This document shows, piece by piece, positions 50,421 to 64,000 of a stretch of 64,000 nucleotides of DNA. The stretch lies in the NCBI GenBank assembly GCA_013265495.1, contig MU058384.1, positions 1,241,690 through 1,305,689 on the forward strand. Direction: 5' to 3'. This stretch comes from Vicugna vicugna (Eukaryota). Numbering within the stretch: position 1 is the first letter of the stretch; every line of letters begins with the position of its first letter. Both the position numbers and the translations under genes were made by a program. A model generated the notes under the pieces. The model ran no database searches. It had not been told where the DNA came from and saw only the letters and a program-made list of their open reading frames with translations.

Positions 50421-50676
50421 CATTTATTACCCTCAGTGGAATCTGGAGAAGAGGAGGCAATAAATACCTGTACTAATTCACCATCTCTAAAGCCCAGTAT
50501 TAACTATTGTGCTTCTATCGAATATCTAAGAAGTCTGTAGGTTTTCACTTTCACTAACACTTGAACATCTTTGTGGCTAAGTAGAAATCGTAATTATTTC
50601 TTAGGTTATATTAAAGGTCAAACTCATGCATAAAGTGTTTACAAAATTTTTGATGCATTTGATAGATTCTTTAAAG

Positions 50677-51171
50677 TGTATTCATTTTCTGTTGCTGCAT
50701 AATAACTTACCACAAATGTAGAGGCTTATCTCACAGTTTCCAGTGGGTCAGGAGTCTGAGCATGACTTATCTGGGTCCTCTGCTCAGAATCTAACAAGGC
50801 AGCAATTTGTTTGTTGGTCAGGGCTGCATTCCCATTTGAGGCTCAGGAGCCTCTTCCAACCTGACGTGGTTGGCACAATTCACTGTAGGACACATGGTGG
50901 CTTATTTCTCCTAGGCCAAGAGGAAATGGAGTACTGGATCTCAGGGAAGGCCTAAGTCCTCTTTTAAACTGATTGGGAACCTTGATTTCATCTGTCAAAT
51001 CTGTTTACCCTGGCCATATAATGTAACACAATCATGAAAATGACAACTATCTTTCCATAGATCTCTCCCACACTGAAGAGAGGGGAGATTATTCAGGACA
51101 TGGAAACCTGGCAAGAACAAGGAGAAAGGGGATTGGTCTTAGAGGGTCATCTCAGAAGTCTGCCTACCACA
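50677..51171 (-). mobile_element. MaLR solo LTR, MLT1E/F-like
   Basis: tgtattcattttctgttgctgcataa...tctcacagtttccagtgggtcaggagtctg...ctgggtcctctgctcag...gccatataatgtaac...tctgcctaccaca. Confidence 0.87.
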
Positions 51172-51689
51172 GCAAGTTACACTAAGAAAAATCTATGTAT
51201 TACAGACATACTCCAGTTTTTAAAATTATTATCATTAAATTTAAAATCATTATAATTAAATTAAAATCCAAAGAAGTACAAGAACTATTTACTCAAAGTA
51301 TGTTTACTCTGGTTTTTTTATCACTTGATTTTAAAGTTTTCCTTATTCATACAACAAAATTTTGACAAACTTCTACCCATTACTTTCCCTCTGTTTACCA
51401 TGGCTTTTCAAAGACCCTATTTTATTCTTAAATGAAGTCCTATATAGGGTATACTTTTCAAAAACTAGAGGAAAATACAATGGCACTGTTTCCAGATTTT
51501 TACCAAAAATATAATTAGACATTAGTATTTTTCCAGGCATTCTGCTGGTCAGTGAGTATGGACAATGCACAAGTAAGCAAACCAAAGTCCTTGGTCTTGT
51601 GTGTATCCTATGATCAACAGTGACAAGGTTAACAAGTGTTCCAGTGAAGTAAAGAATTCCTGAGAAAGGGCTTTTTAAAACATGAAACC

Positions 51690-52430
51690 AGTGGAAGCAC
51701 TCACAAAGGAAAATGATGATAAACTGCATAAAAAGTTATGTCAAAATTTTTTAAATGTGAATAAAAAGTAGTTGGAAAGATTAAATATATAAATACATAT
51801 GCATAGTATCTATATAGACATAGACACACATACACTAACAAATAAGTAAAAACATAAAAGCACAAATAGGAAAAATTTTAAAGGATACAGATTCAAAATT
51901 CAAAGAAAATACAAATGACCAATAAATACTTGAAAAGTTATTGCATCTCACTAGTGATTAAAGAAATATACAGAAACAATAAATAGAAATTTTTGAAAAA
52001 TATTATCACTAAGTGCTGGTGAGGGTGCAACAAGCTAGCCTCTAGTAAATATTATACAGAAGAATAAATCAGGCAACTTTTTAAAGTAATTTGTCAATAT
52101 TAAGGAGAATGAAAGAGCTTTATACTTTGGTCTTATAATTCCACAAGTGAAAAATTGGAAGGAAATGAAGAGTTCAACAATAAAGAATCTTTAAGTAAAG
52201 GAAATCTTTTACTATCATTAAAAATCATGTTTTCTACAATATTTTAGTGATGTGGGAAAACAACTATGTTGATATGTTAAATAAGTCCACAACAAAATTG
52301 ATCACTTCTAGTTAAACAATGTACATAGAAGAAAACTTGAAGAAAAATACACCAAAAAATTTAGCCATAATCATCTCAGACATGTAATTATGACATTTTT
52401 ACTTTCTTACTGTAAATATTTTATGTTAAC
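51690..52430 (+). mobile_element. Ancient L1M(E) 3' fragment
   Basis: aaaatacaaatgaccaataaa...ctcactagtgattaaagaaat...aagtgctggtgagggtg...ggaaaaatacacc-like tail. Confidence 0.6.
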
Positions 52431-55135
52431 AAAAAAATTCCTAAAACAGTAATAGGTCCATAAAGTTACAAAGCTGATAAACAGAATAGGAAAATTTAAC
52501 GTCTTTCACATCTATGACAAAAAGGCCTGGTCAGAATTAAAGCACTGAAATTTCAGGAACATTATTAAAAAGAAGCAAATGAGCATGAAATCTACTTCGT
52601 ATCTGAAGACATGAGAAAGGAGGTGGGTCATAGAGACATGTTGACCAGAGGGCTATCAACAATGTACACCACGTGGATGAGAATCAAAAGCTGGAGAAAT
52701 CAGCCGAGTTAGAGAGGCATTTCCTGGACCAATCTGATTAATTCTAAGAAAAGGCAGATCACATTTTGTGAATTATAATATAAATTTTCAATTTCAGTCA
52801 AACCTTTATCTTAACAATTATTCTAGTTTGGAGGCTTGTGGATTAAAAGCAATTTATCCAACTTTTTTTTTGTTGAGTTAAAGAAATTAAAAAATGTAAA
52901 AAGTGAGATAAACTGGAATAGGTTATCTATAGGAGAAAGCATGATTTATATGAAACTATTTTCTCAAAAATTCTTATGAGTTGTGTCAACAAACTTTCAA
53001 AAGTTTGTTTGAATTTTAATGATTAACATTTATATCCAAGGATGTAAGAATTATGATGAAGTTACTAACAAATTGTTCTTCATCTTCATAAAGGACTGAA
53101 AAAAGGGAGAGAAAATAAGCTTAAATCATGGTCAGAGAAAGATTTTTCTTTTTCTTATTTTTCTTTTCTATTGGGAAGAGGGGCATGAATTAAAAAACTG
53201 TGATTAAATAATTGCAACCAATTACTCAGATAAACTTATTGTCTGGCCAATCTTGAGGATTCTTCAGAATAATACATTCACTCAACAGTCTGACTTGCTT
53301 TATTTAGGTTATCATCTTAAGCCTAAAACTTCTGCCTAGAAACAGAAATGGACAGGGTGACCTGTTCCTCTCTCTTAAAATTCCTATGTTAACTGACTGT
53401 GGCACAATGCGTACATGAGAGAGAGATTTAAAAAATAACACAATATTTTAGTTTTGAAAAATGGTTAATAAATATTGCTTTAGAAAGATTCCAGATACAC
53501 AATGGACTGTTTGTCTTTAATTTCATATCACATCTCTGAATGGTCAACCACAGTGAATGAACCATACCTGGAGGAGATTTGAGAGAAAAGATGTGAAGCT
53601 TGTGGGTGGGCCTTGCAATTGTTAAAGCATTAGTGAATGGGATCTTTTTCCTAGTGGAGAAATGTAATTTTGTCAGGAGAAAGAAGGAACCACTTTCTTT
53701 TTTTTTTTTTATGAAGCAGAATTCCACTCTAATTCTCTGAGCCTTTTACTATAACTGCTGTAGCATGTGTTTTAAATTATATTGTATGCATGTGTTCCCC
53801 ATAAAATTAGCCATCATGACCCATCGTTCCACAGTCCTTCCTTTCATCACATTTTAGAGGCCTGTGTTCCATATTAGCAAATAACCCTTAGGGAAAATTA
53901 TGCATTTTCCATACACCAGCTTTGCTACATATTTGATAACACTTATTGTATATTTAAGGATATGGGTCAATATATAAAATTTTTTAAATAATAAAACAAG
54001 TGGTCAATTGTTTCCTCATGGCAAACCAACTAGGAAGTCAAACTGAATATATCCAGCATCAATATCAAAACAGAATTAACAGCTCCACTTTTAACCCATA
54101 TGTTCGTGAATATGTAACTCCATCAATATGTTAACTAGGGTAAAGGAGCATTGCCAAGTTTAGAACCCACTCAAATTCCTTGGGTTCTGAGTTTAAAATG
54201 AAATTTGAGACTTTCCAGGATCAAGGTCTTTTTTGGTGCTGTAAAAATGTGACTTCCTGGTTGAAAATACTGAAAGTTTTTGGACACCAACTTGCTCACA
54301 CAAAATAATATGATAAGTGTGAATGAATCAGTAACATATGGATTACATTTTCTTTTTACAAATCTATTGTTTTTTCTAACATTTTAAATAGAAAATTCAT
54401 GGTAAAAACATGCATTGGATTTAGCCAACTCTAAATCATTTGAAAAATATTTGTAAGGCATTTTTCTCTCAATGGATACGTGGCAGCATTTCCAGCTCAT
54501 AATGTTAGTGTAACTTCACTCTTTTCCCCAACCCTCCCCTAAGACCCTCAAATTAATACACAAGAGGAAACAAATTGTTGCTTGGTTCTTCTCTCTCTTA
54601 CTCTTTTTCCTCTCCTCCATCCTTGAGTGTATCCTGAAAAACTTTACGTATCATTTCCATTGCAATGGCACAGATGTTTTTTAATTAAATTGTGTTTCAA
54701 AGTATTTTAAATGTAAAGCTCTAGGGAATAGCAGCAAAGGCTATACATTAACGATGAAAAGAAATACATTTGTTTGTAGTTTAGAATGGCAATCCCAAAG
54801 AAGAGAAGTGTTTCCCTCTTGTCCTCAATCTACAATCCATTAATCTAGTCATCAAATTAACCACTACAAGGGCATTTCCTCAGAATGACCCCTGAGTACC
54901 CGAGTGGCAAATAAAAATGCAAGGAAATAATCAAATACTGTAATGTCTCAAACCTCAATATATCGTGGTGTGTGTGTATAAAATACTATTTTCTGTATTT
55001 GTTCCTCTTTCTTTAAAATGTATTCTGTCATCAAGTACCTAGAATTAAGCCTTGACACTAGAAAATTTCCTAGGCTGTAGTCAATCCCACAGGTAAATTC
55101 ACTTAATTGTCTGCCCAAATTGTTTCTGAAAACGA

Positions 55136-55177
55136 GATCATATTATCTCTGTGAGTTTAGGATCATATTATCTCTGT
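55136..55177. repeat. 17-bp perfect direct repeat with 8-bp spacer
   Basis: GATCATATTATCTCTGT at 55136-55152 and 55161-55177. Confidence 0.9.
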
Positions 55178-56799
55178 TCAGTTTTCTAGAATTCTGCAAG
55201 TTCATTCACCTGAGTTGTACATGTTTCCTGAATTTGGCTAGGACACTTTGCCAACTGCACATTTTGTGAGTTGTACTGTCTTACCCACTCAGCTCAAATA
55301 CTGCAGATGTCTGAGCTAGGGTTGGACTACAGATTAGAATTTATTACTTAATGGATTTCTAATTTCAGAGTACAAAAACCAATATTCTATTTCTTCTAAA
55401 CAATAATTTCCTTAGTGTAGATGTGGCAGACCACCTGTTTATTTTAGATTCCATTCAAATAATATATACAAATACAGAGGTATTATACATGGAATATTGA
55501 CTACCAAAGTGTGTAATATACATCTAGGTTATTTGTATGGAGAAAAAAACAAGGAGACTATAGAAAAACAAGAAGTTCTCATGTTTTGTGTGACAGTACA
55601 AATTCCACACTTACATTATCTACATAAAGCCTAATTCTAAAGCCATGAATAGCTGCAATTCCCTGAACTGTAGCAGATTAATCCGTGAAGGTTGTCTCCC
55701 AACTCTCTAATTACAATTAATGAATCTAATTACTGTGATAGTTTGAATATTATGCTTTTGTCTTATAATCTACTGTGCCTGTTTTCTGATTTCCAAGTAA
55801 AAGAAAATTTCCTAAAAAAACTGAAATTCAACTGTAATAATGTTGAGTTTATTTATTCAACATTTTACAAAATTTACTGAGTATCTACAAAGTATCAGAT
55901 CTTTTCCTTTTGGAGGTTTTTAATATCTACGCAAAGCTATGTCTTAAGTGTTGGGAAGCTCCTTTAGGCTACGGCTATGATACTCCTTTCACATTTCCAA
56001 AAATTAGTGAGTGAATTTTCAACTCTGCCTTCTCCAGATTTTCTTATTTACCTTTAACATAATATTATATGGAAGACCAACATTCTTTCCATCCTCTTAA
56101 ATGAAATTTTATTTAAGTAAAAAGGAAAATAGCAACACCTCTAAGTTATAATTCTTGCTGAGTTTTCAAAAGCTCAAAGTAGTAATATCTTAATAGATGG
56201 ATTTGGGAGATTTCATTCCTGTTGCTCAATTATTAATCAAGAATAAATTATTCACTCAAATTGAAAATAATAAAAATATCTTCAGAATGTCCTATTCCAC
56301 AAACCAATCAAATTAAGAATGACTCCTGTGTCTTACCCTGGCAACTTCTGGTTCCATGTAACTGTGAATAATCAAAGTGACTGAAATAATTTTAAAAAGA
56401 AAAACATTTAAAAATTATGAGCGTTTCTAATTAATAGGTTATAATTGCAAACATACATATGCACAGAGTCATGAATCAACAAATAAAAACAACTTTAGTG
56501 TCACTTCCAATGTTTAATGTCTTTTTCCTTATTCAGCACTCTCCCACCTGGGAGAACAGTACAGTCATAAAGTAGCTATTGAAAGCGATGCTGCATTCTT
56601 TTTTCAAGGTGAAGTAACAGGTACGTGCAGAGTGTAACACTGGCCATTCAGCCTACTCATTTAAATTATTCACATCATTGAACAGAGAAACCCAAAAGCT
56701 GGAGCTAAATAACAAAAATAACTGAGGGAAGAGCAAACCTTCTAAAAAGGTGTGAGAGATAGAAATATGGTAACAAACATCCTTAGGTCTAGATGCATG

Positions 56800-57210
56800 G
56801 AATTATAGAAGCTTTAATTTGAAAGAAACCTCCATTATGCATCTACTTGTCTCACTACTATCAAATTCCTGTCAGATAGCTATGGGCTTCAGTTTACACC
56901 ATTTCAATGACTGAGAATCCACTGCTTCAAAACGGCTGCTGAATTCATTTTTTAAAAGCTCTAGCTATTTCAAACTTGTTACTTAATCTGCCTCGCTAAA
57001 AATTCTATTTCTGGGTCTGAGATCTGCCCCCTAAAGTGAAACAGAAATCCATTTTACACATCATCCCTTCAAGTATATAAAAATAATCATCATGCCTATT
57101 CTGTCTTCACTTCTCTTCTACAAGGGAAATGTCCTCAATTCATACAACGATTCCTCAGAGGGACTGGCCCTTAACCCATTTTATCATCTTCACGGCCCTC
57201 TTATCATTAT
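56800..57210 (-). mobile_element. L3/CR1 LINE 3' fragment
   Basis: aatctgcctc...ggtctgagatctgcccc...cccttcaagtat...atcatg...cttctcttctacaagg...ttcctca resembles antisense CR1/L3. Confidence 0.7.
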
Positions 57211-58789
57211 CCTCTGGAAGGAAACAGTCCACTTGTGATTTAGCAAGAGTGAGTTCAACAAAAAATTAATACACAAACATGTCCACTGATTCATCTCTGT
57301 TGATTTAACCTGGTATTTTAGGATTACCAATGGACAAAGGATATCTGTTGGCTGAGGAAGCATAGAAGACATCCTCAAGGAAATCTGCTTATATCACTAG
57401 TGGACTTGAACATAGTTGCTGAAGATAATTTCAGGTAGCCAAGAACAGAGATCACCCTCACCCCTGCCTGTTTCACCATGGAAGCACATGATTTTTAAGA
57501 GCTTGGAAGGTACTCTGATACTGGAAGCCAATCTATAGAGCCAGACTACACTGGTACCATCCATGAAGTCTGGGGCTACTCTGGACCCCTACCTTCCCCA
57601 CACATATATGTACACAAATCCAAAAAGAAAATTTTACTGTTAATTACTTCTATACTTTTCCAACCAGTGTTTTAAAAGATTCTAAATCGTCTTACTAGTG
57701 GAGAGGAGAAAGTCTATAACACTAGAACTTTTCTTTCCCCCATTACAAGGTGTGGCACCCTGCAAGATAGCCAAGAGAAGGGAAGACTCATAAAATCCTA
57801 CTATTTCTCCACTGAATGTTGAAAAAAGCAAGAAGGCAAGTTGCGTGGTTTTGTTTGTTTGTTTGTGTGTTTGACTTTGGAAGCCACAGGTCCATGGGGT
57901 AGGGCAATGGGGATAGGTAGCTATGGCCAACCAGCAGACATTCCTTGGCAGGACACAAGACTCTAGATGGCAGCATGTCACTGAGTCGGGTAAAGAGCTA
58001 GTTATTAGAAGGTGACTCATGTTGAGCACCAAAATAGGTAGTGATGGTTATTGAAATCACAATTGTGTACACAGAGCTTAGCACTGCTTACCAAACTAGG
58101 AGAACAACCAGTGGCCATGGCCATAGCAAACATTCACAGCTGCACACCAGGTCCACAGCATTGAGCACATGAGATTCCCCACCAGAGGACTATAGAATCT
58201 TAGGGACTTGAATGAGCGGGAAGATGTTAGAATTAAGAGTTGACTGGAACATTTGGAGAATCCTATTTGGGGGAAAAAAATGTTTCTTCCACGCTTTAGA
58301 CCTAAACATTATCTCTCACTCCCCTAGATATGTACACATGCAAATGCATGCATAAAACCACAAAATATCACCTCTGCATCTCACAGCCCAAACTTCTGTG
58401 CCCTCATGGGCCTGTTGAAGAGGCATATTAACTAAAATGTGACAAAGAGAAAGAGACCGAATTTTGGCCCAGGGACAGATGGAAAACACATTTCTCCCAA
58501 AAACTTTGGGAGCATTGATAAACATCAAAAGGAAATACTTGATTGGTATAGGAACTCAATCGGATGATGGGAAATGAATACTAGTGGAAAAAATAGTGCA
58601 AATCTTTTCAAAATTTCCCATTGCCCCCAATTCCTTTTCTTAGCTCCAGATGTCATGTTCTAATTATTTCCCAAAATTACTTCACATTGTAAAAGCTCAT
58701 TTAGTTTTGGTCAACTAAAATTTCAAGATAGATTTCATATGAATTATTTTCTAGACATGTCTCTTCTCTTCCATAATGTAGAATTAATA

Positions 58790-58945
58790 ACATGAACCTA
58801 ACCTAAATGCAGGACTCAACTTATCTTGTTAGTTTTGGTCCATTATATGAGCCTACTGAAGTCATTTTCCATCTAGATTCCCTCATCCATTGTATTATCT
58901 GTCATTTTCATCATTGTATAAATTAGTTGATAAGTAATATCCTTT
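58790..58945 (-). mobile_element. L3/CR1 fragment
   Basis: taaatgcaggact...atcttgttagttttggtccatt...agcct...tcatcca...ttgataag. Confidence 0.5.
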
Positions 58946-59309
58946 ACCCTTGAGGTCCAACTGAGCCAATAACAAATAGAAAATGTTACTTAAGAAGTAA
59001 TTTTATTCAGTCTATTGACTTTTGAGTACAATCCATGTGCCTATTTCAGGTTTAATGAATGTACAAGTTATGAACTGAGGCTTTGTCTAAAGACTAATAT
59101 ATATAGTTTGGGGAACAAAGAAAGCATCACTAACCATGACTTGCAGAATGATCATCAATCAAATACTCTCCTTATTTACTTGCACTTTTATTAATGTACT
59201 TAACTTTTTTATGATTTTTTTATTCATGTACTTCCATTCTTCTATAAGACATTTTGAAATGTTTAACAGTTCAATTCGTTGAAAGGAAGAGAGAAAAAAG
59301 CTAAATTTA

Positions 59310-59530
59310 TGATTCCTCCATTGAATCCAGGAACTTTGCCTGACATATTATACTTGACGTCCTTCCTCTCCATAATCCCATGAATAATGTTTTACTCTTA
59401 TACTTTTTTATAGACAAGGAAGCTGAGATTCTAAAAAAAATTATGTGTATTGGTTAGAAGCACAGAGCTGGTAGGTAGTGAATCTGTAGCACAAAGCCAG
59501 ATTGATCTGCTTTCAAAGCTTGCCTGGCCT
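59310..59530 (-). mobile_element. MIR SINE
   Basis: ttttatagacaaggaagctgagattct...cacagagctggtaggtag...ctgctttcaaagc. Confidence 0.65.
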
Positions 59531-59864
59531 GCTTCCCATGGAGGGTATACTCATCTCACTTAGCAAGTATCCTTTGATAACCTATTTTAAGACATGGTGC
59601 AAAGAGCACCCAGAACACAAACATGAAAATAACAGCAAAGTTAAAAATAGTAAGGATAAGACAGGTATAAGAATATCTAGACTACATGAGGAATGGAGTT
59701 GGTAGCAGGAAAGGCACAAGCATTATGTCTGGAAAAAGAAGAGACAGAAAGCTACCTGTTATTGAGAAAGCTGCATTTGTCTCATGCCACTCCTTTCATC
59801 TGGACTTGCATCCCTGATTGCCTGGATCATTCTAGCTTCTCCCCACCTCCTCCCTACTGTGTTG

Positions 59865-60080
59865 TCCAGCACAGGCAAAAAGAACATGCTTTGGAATCAA
59901 GCACACCTAAATCTGAAATCTATTCCAGTCTCTTTCCCATGACCTTGGGCATATTGCTTAACCTTCTAAGACTCTGTTTCCTTTTCAGGAAAATTAGCAC
60001 ATTAATACATAAAAACAAGATTGCAATAAAAAAGTAAAAAAGTATACAGGTGATGTTGGCCCACAGTAAGTATTTAGAAA
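59865..60080 (+). mobile_element. MIR SINE
   Basis: gctttggaatca...tgaccttgggcatattgcttaaccttctaagactctgtttcct. Confidence 0.82.
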
Positions 60081-61004
60081 AGGATTTTTTTATCCTCTTG
60101 CTATGTCTCAAACTAATTTTCCTTGGAACCTATTTTATGTGTTATGTATAATTTCCAGGTTTGGGTGTTACATTTCATTTCTCTACTTTGAACCATTAAT
60201 TATCCCCTTTGCTTTTCTTGTCATATACACTTCCCTGTGCAGAACTGAAATATCCTCCTTAATCCGGTCTATCCTACCTATGGGCCCTCACATCCTCAAC
60301 TCTGTATTAATGAGACCAAGACCCCACTAACTTATGAATACACTTCACCTTCATCCCAGTCTCATGGCCTTTGACCATTTTGTTCTTCCCTTTTCCCTCT
60401 GCTTATTCAGCACACAAGTCTTGACCATTATCTAAGACTCAGCTCTAGTCCCACCATAGTTGCAGTTAACTACTCCCACCTTGATTGATTTATTCTTCCT
60501 CCTGTGACTGCCTACAGTGATTAGTGTTTGTAGAAGAGAATTCAGCACTTCATTTTAAGCTCTTCTTCCAGACTCCAGCTTTTTTCCCTTTAGACCCCCA
60601 CAGGTATGCCTCCCATCTTTATCCTGTCCCAATCCTCAGGCCAATCTGGTGGTGAGAACTACAGGCCTGTGGACACCATGCAGACTCAAACTGTGCTGTT
60701 CTTCAAGCACCTTGACCCAGCACAAGACCCCTCAAGGCCAGGCCCCCAGACCAGCACAACTTCCTAGGTTTGTTCTCTGAGTCTGTTCAATGCTATCCCC
60801 AAGGTTCACCCTGGATATCAATGTATTTACAATTTATCTGTTCCCTTTGTTCCCTCATGTTGGCTTAATGCATAAAACTGGATGTCTGCCTTGTCTCTCA
60901 GATAATTACAGCGTTCAGAGCCTGCCTGGACCCTGCCTGCCTCATGCATACACTGCTCTCCCTTGGTTTCTTTCCTTCTCTTGCCAGTTACGGTCCCTCC
61001 AACA

Positions 61005-61340
61005 ACAATTATAATAACAATAATAACAATAACCTCTGATGAGTGCTTCGCTTGTATAGGCAGTGTTCTAAAAACTTCACATGTCTTATCTCCTTTAATC
61101 TTTACATCAACACTAGAAAGCTTATTAAAATGAAACTGAAGCCATAAAGGAAAATTGTCCCCAGGCCACATGGCTAGTGAGTGAGTGATCCAGAACAGGA
61201 CACAAAGCAAGGCATATCTCAGCTGCAAATTGGGAACAGTAATTTAGACCTACTACAGTGCCTTATGGGGAGGATAAAAAAGACAATGCATATGAAAACA
61301 CCTGTTACTATTAAATTTCTATATAAATACTTGTATTGAA
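61005..61340. mobile_element. MIR fragments (antisense ~61005-61220, sense ~61220-61340)
   Basis: ggcagtgttctaa...tttaatcttta...gaaactgaagcc...ccccaggccacatggctagtgagtg, then ctgcaaattgggaacagtaat...ggaggataaa. Confidence 0.7.
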
Positions 61341-62705
61341 ATTGCTCGATTTTTCTGCACTTTAAAAAATATCACCTCATATTCCACAAACCAAAAATTC
61401 GTAGATTTAACAGCCTGTATCTATATAAAGTTAAATGCCCTAGTACATAAAGGTTGTGTTTTTCTAAAATACTTTAAAGTTTGTATGAGGGAGAAATACT
61501 TGGTGAATTATTCTCCTTGTTTTGCATGTATAGAGTCAACCATGGTCTTACCCCTCCCAGCTCAGCCCTCAGCCTCTGATACTCAGCAGTTCTTAAACAG
61601 TGATGGGACTGTTTCAATGATGCCCCCGAGGGGACAGTCACCTGAGAAAAGTGCCACTGGTTATATTTCTATCCCCAGGCTAAACCTGACAAGAATCTCT
61701 CATCAAGTCTCTTCATTTCACCACCTAGAAATTCAGTGTATTAGACAACACATTCAAAAATTCAAGTAAAAACATTTTTGTACTCTTTTCTTTTAAAACA
61801 TCCACATTAACTTCTTTCTTTTTGGTTATTCTATTGGTGACAGAATGATGCTGAATACCTGAAAATAGTTCTAATCTGATTACTAGAATAACTTACTGTT
61901 TTCTACCTGATACAGGGCTAGTATTCCATCTTAAGTCTGGGAATAACTCTGAGATGGGCTATACAAGCACACACATACATACACACACACAGGGAGAAAA
62001 AAACACTGTCATCATCTGCTTTAAAACTTCATTTGAAAATGTTTTAAATCCTAGAAAACCAGGGAAGTATCAGCAAAACCTAAATTTGGTATGGCATCTG
62101 AGAATCACAAGATTAGAGTCCTCTGTTGAAAAGACACTGAAAACACGATTGTTGGGAGATGTATGTGCAGTGAATGTGGTAAAAGGCTGCAGCAAAGGGG
62201 CTTGGCCTTGATGATGAAGCAGCAAAAACGTGAAATGCCAAAACAGCTCTTTGCTTTCATAGAACGGGTTAGAATTACAGGAGATCATAGGCAAGGAATT
62301 GTAATCTTGTCTGCTGTTTGAGAGGATTAAGCAAAATGAACAGCCTTGGTTTTATGTTCTGAACTATTCTATAGGAAAAAGAAAAAGGTTGAATTAAAAA
62401 CAACAATAAAAAAACTATTTGCTAGATTCACAGCACTTTTATTTGAGATTGTTGCTTAAGAAAGATTGCTTTATTGTCACTTAGAAAAATAGATATTAAT
62501 GATTTGGGGACTGTTTTGCTTCCCCACCCAACCTTGGCAAAGAAAATGAACCTAATTTCACAGAATCTCAGATCTATCTTTTTAGCTGAGGTAAGATAAG
62601 GACTGATACGTTTTTCTTAGTACAGACAATTTAATACATGGTTAAAGCAGGCTGCCAAAAAAAGATACAAAACTATAGAAAATTCTGATGGAGAATTTTC
62701 CTTTA

Positions 62706-62775
62706 TTGGTGGTTTGGTAGGTATGATTGGTACCTACCTACAATTGGTACCTACGTACGATTGGTAGGTAGGATT
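62706..62775. repeat. Short compound direct/inverted repeat cluster (TTGGTA[GGTA/CCTA] units)
   Basis: ttggtaggtatga-ttggtacctacctacaa-ttggtacctacgtacga-ttggtaggtagga. Confidence 0.8.
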
Positions 62776-63789
62776 ATCATGTTTACGCTCATGAACCACT
62801 TTCTGGTCACCATTTTCCAGATTTAAAAGCTTGTTTATCTCTGGCTCACTACAGAAGAGAGAACTGCCTCTAAAGTATTCATGGAAGGCTGCTGAACATT
62901 ACATGATACAGGGGAGAGAACTGAGGTCATTATGTCTTAACAAGGGGGTCTGCTCCAAATATAATAATTGAGGAGCAATTTTATTAACAAGTGCCATTTT
63001 GAGACCTCTTTCATCCTCGTTTGGCTACATAGAAATAAATATTAATCAGAATCCACTTATTTATATTTTCCTATCAAGGTAAGCAGAGACATAATTCAGC
63101 TGTGAGGAAGTTTTGCAGTGATACCAAAGGATGATTTTCTTTTTTAACACTAAGCAAATGAAGGCTCTGTTGACAAAGCCAATTCATTAGAATGAACTGG
63201 CCGGTTCTCAGCTTCCCTGGCAGCCAGGGCAGACCTCAGTAGCCCATGAAACGATTGAAGAGATGGAATCTTGCATTATTAAAGACTGACTAATGAGAAA
63301 TGGCTAAGAATTATGAAAATGATACCATCTTATCACAATGTCCTAAAATCCATAAGATACCATAAAGGGTATTGCAGCCTTGGTAACAGTAATCATGCAC
63401 TTTGGAGTCAGTGCTCTTTCTAACCCACATAGGAAACACCTACACTTTCAGCATTACCTAATGTGACAGAAAACGAATTAAGAGAAAACAAAAGTATTCA
63501 AGAACTGCATGTGTGGATTTTCATTTTTTTAATCTATAATAAAACTGAAGTGAGAATCCAACTCCCATTATAGAAATGAACCAGAATGTAATTTGAAGGA
63601 AAATTCATTTAGTTGTAAGAATAAAAATGAAAGAATCACCATCCTAAAACAGTTAAAATTTCCTCTCCAGGGTTTTTCCTTCAAAAAATATACAATTAGA
63701 AAATAGAAAAATAGAAAAAGGTTTTGGGCTTCTTGAAACAAAACTTAAAAAGTGACAAACAATGCAGTCTTTCTTAACAAGCTAAAATT

Positions 63790-63995
63790 GTTGGCTTTAG
63801 AATGACACCACCTAGACTCAAACCCTAGCTTGTTTGCTATGTGATGACAGGCATATTCCCTAACTTCTCTGTGTCCAATTTCTGTGTTCAATAAATATGA
63901 ACACCTACTCTGTGCGGGTACAATCCTGGGTGTTTGGATTATAGTAGTGAACAGAACAATGCTTCTGCCCTCATGAAATTCATATTCTAGTAAGA
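63790..63995. mobile_element. MIR fragment (+) followed by L2 3' end (-)
   Basis: ggctttagaat...ctcaaaccctagc...ctaacttctctgtg, then ttcaataaatatgaacacctactctgtgc...gtgaacagaac...ctgccctcatgaaatt. Confidence 0.7.
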
Positions 63996-64000
63996 TTTCC

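Noticed and set aside
164..62294. The remaining 60-133 aa ORFs in the track
   Set aside because: Short, many start at TTG/GTG or overlap repeats, none has a recognisable domain, and they are typical of non-coding mammalian DNA.
1..64000. CRISPR arrays, operons, tRNA/rRNA genes, CpG-island promoter or a novel multi-gene system
   Set aside because: The sequence is mammalian non-coding DNA. I saw no repeat-spacer arrays, structured RNA genes, CpG island or non-TE long ORFs.

Overview
AT-rich, CpG-depleted mammalian (eutherian) DNA with no CpG island and no host protein-coding exon I can recognise. It reads as deep intron or gene desert. The window is a mosaic of ancient interspersed repeats (MIR, L2, L3/CR1, MLT1/MLT2/LTR16 solo LTRs, MER20/MER58/MER5/MER102 hAT DNA transposons, old L1M/HAL1 fragments) and microsatellites. 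The only long real ORF is the C-terminal ~500 codons of LINE-1 ORF2p. It lies in a young, 5'-truncated L1 (19967-21813) with a poly(A) tail and a perfect 13-bp target-site duplication, about 700 bp downstream of an older, decayed L1 3' end (18080-19290). The L1 3'UTRs look cetartiodactyl, and I saw no Alu, B1/B2, Bov-A/BovB, PRE-1 or Can-SINE copies, so a camelid host is my inference (unverified). I found no evidence of a novel multi-gene system. The findings are modest: TE nesting, one exon-shaped segment and a few motif or structure clusters. Repeat family names come from recalled consensus sequences, not a database search, and boundaries of old repeats are approximate.
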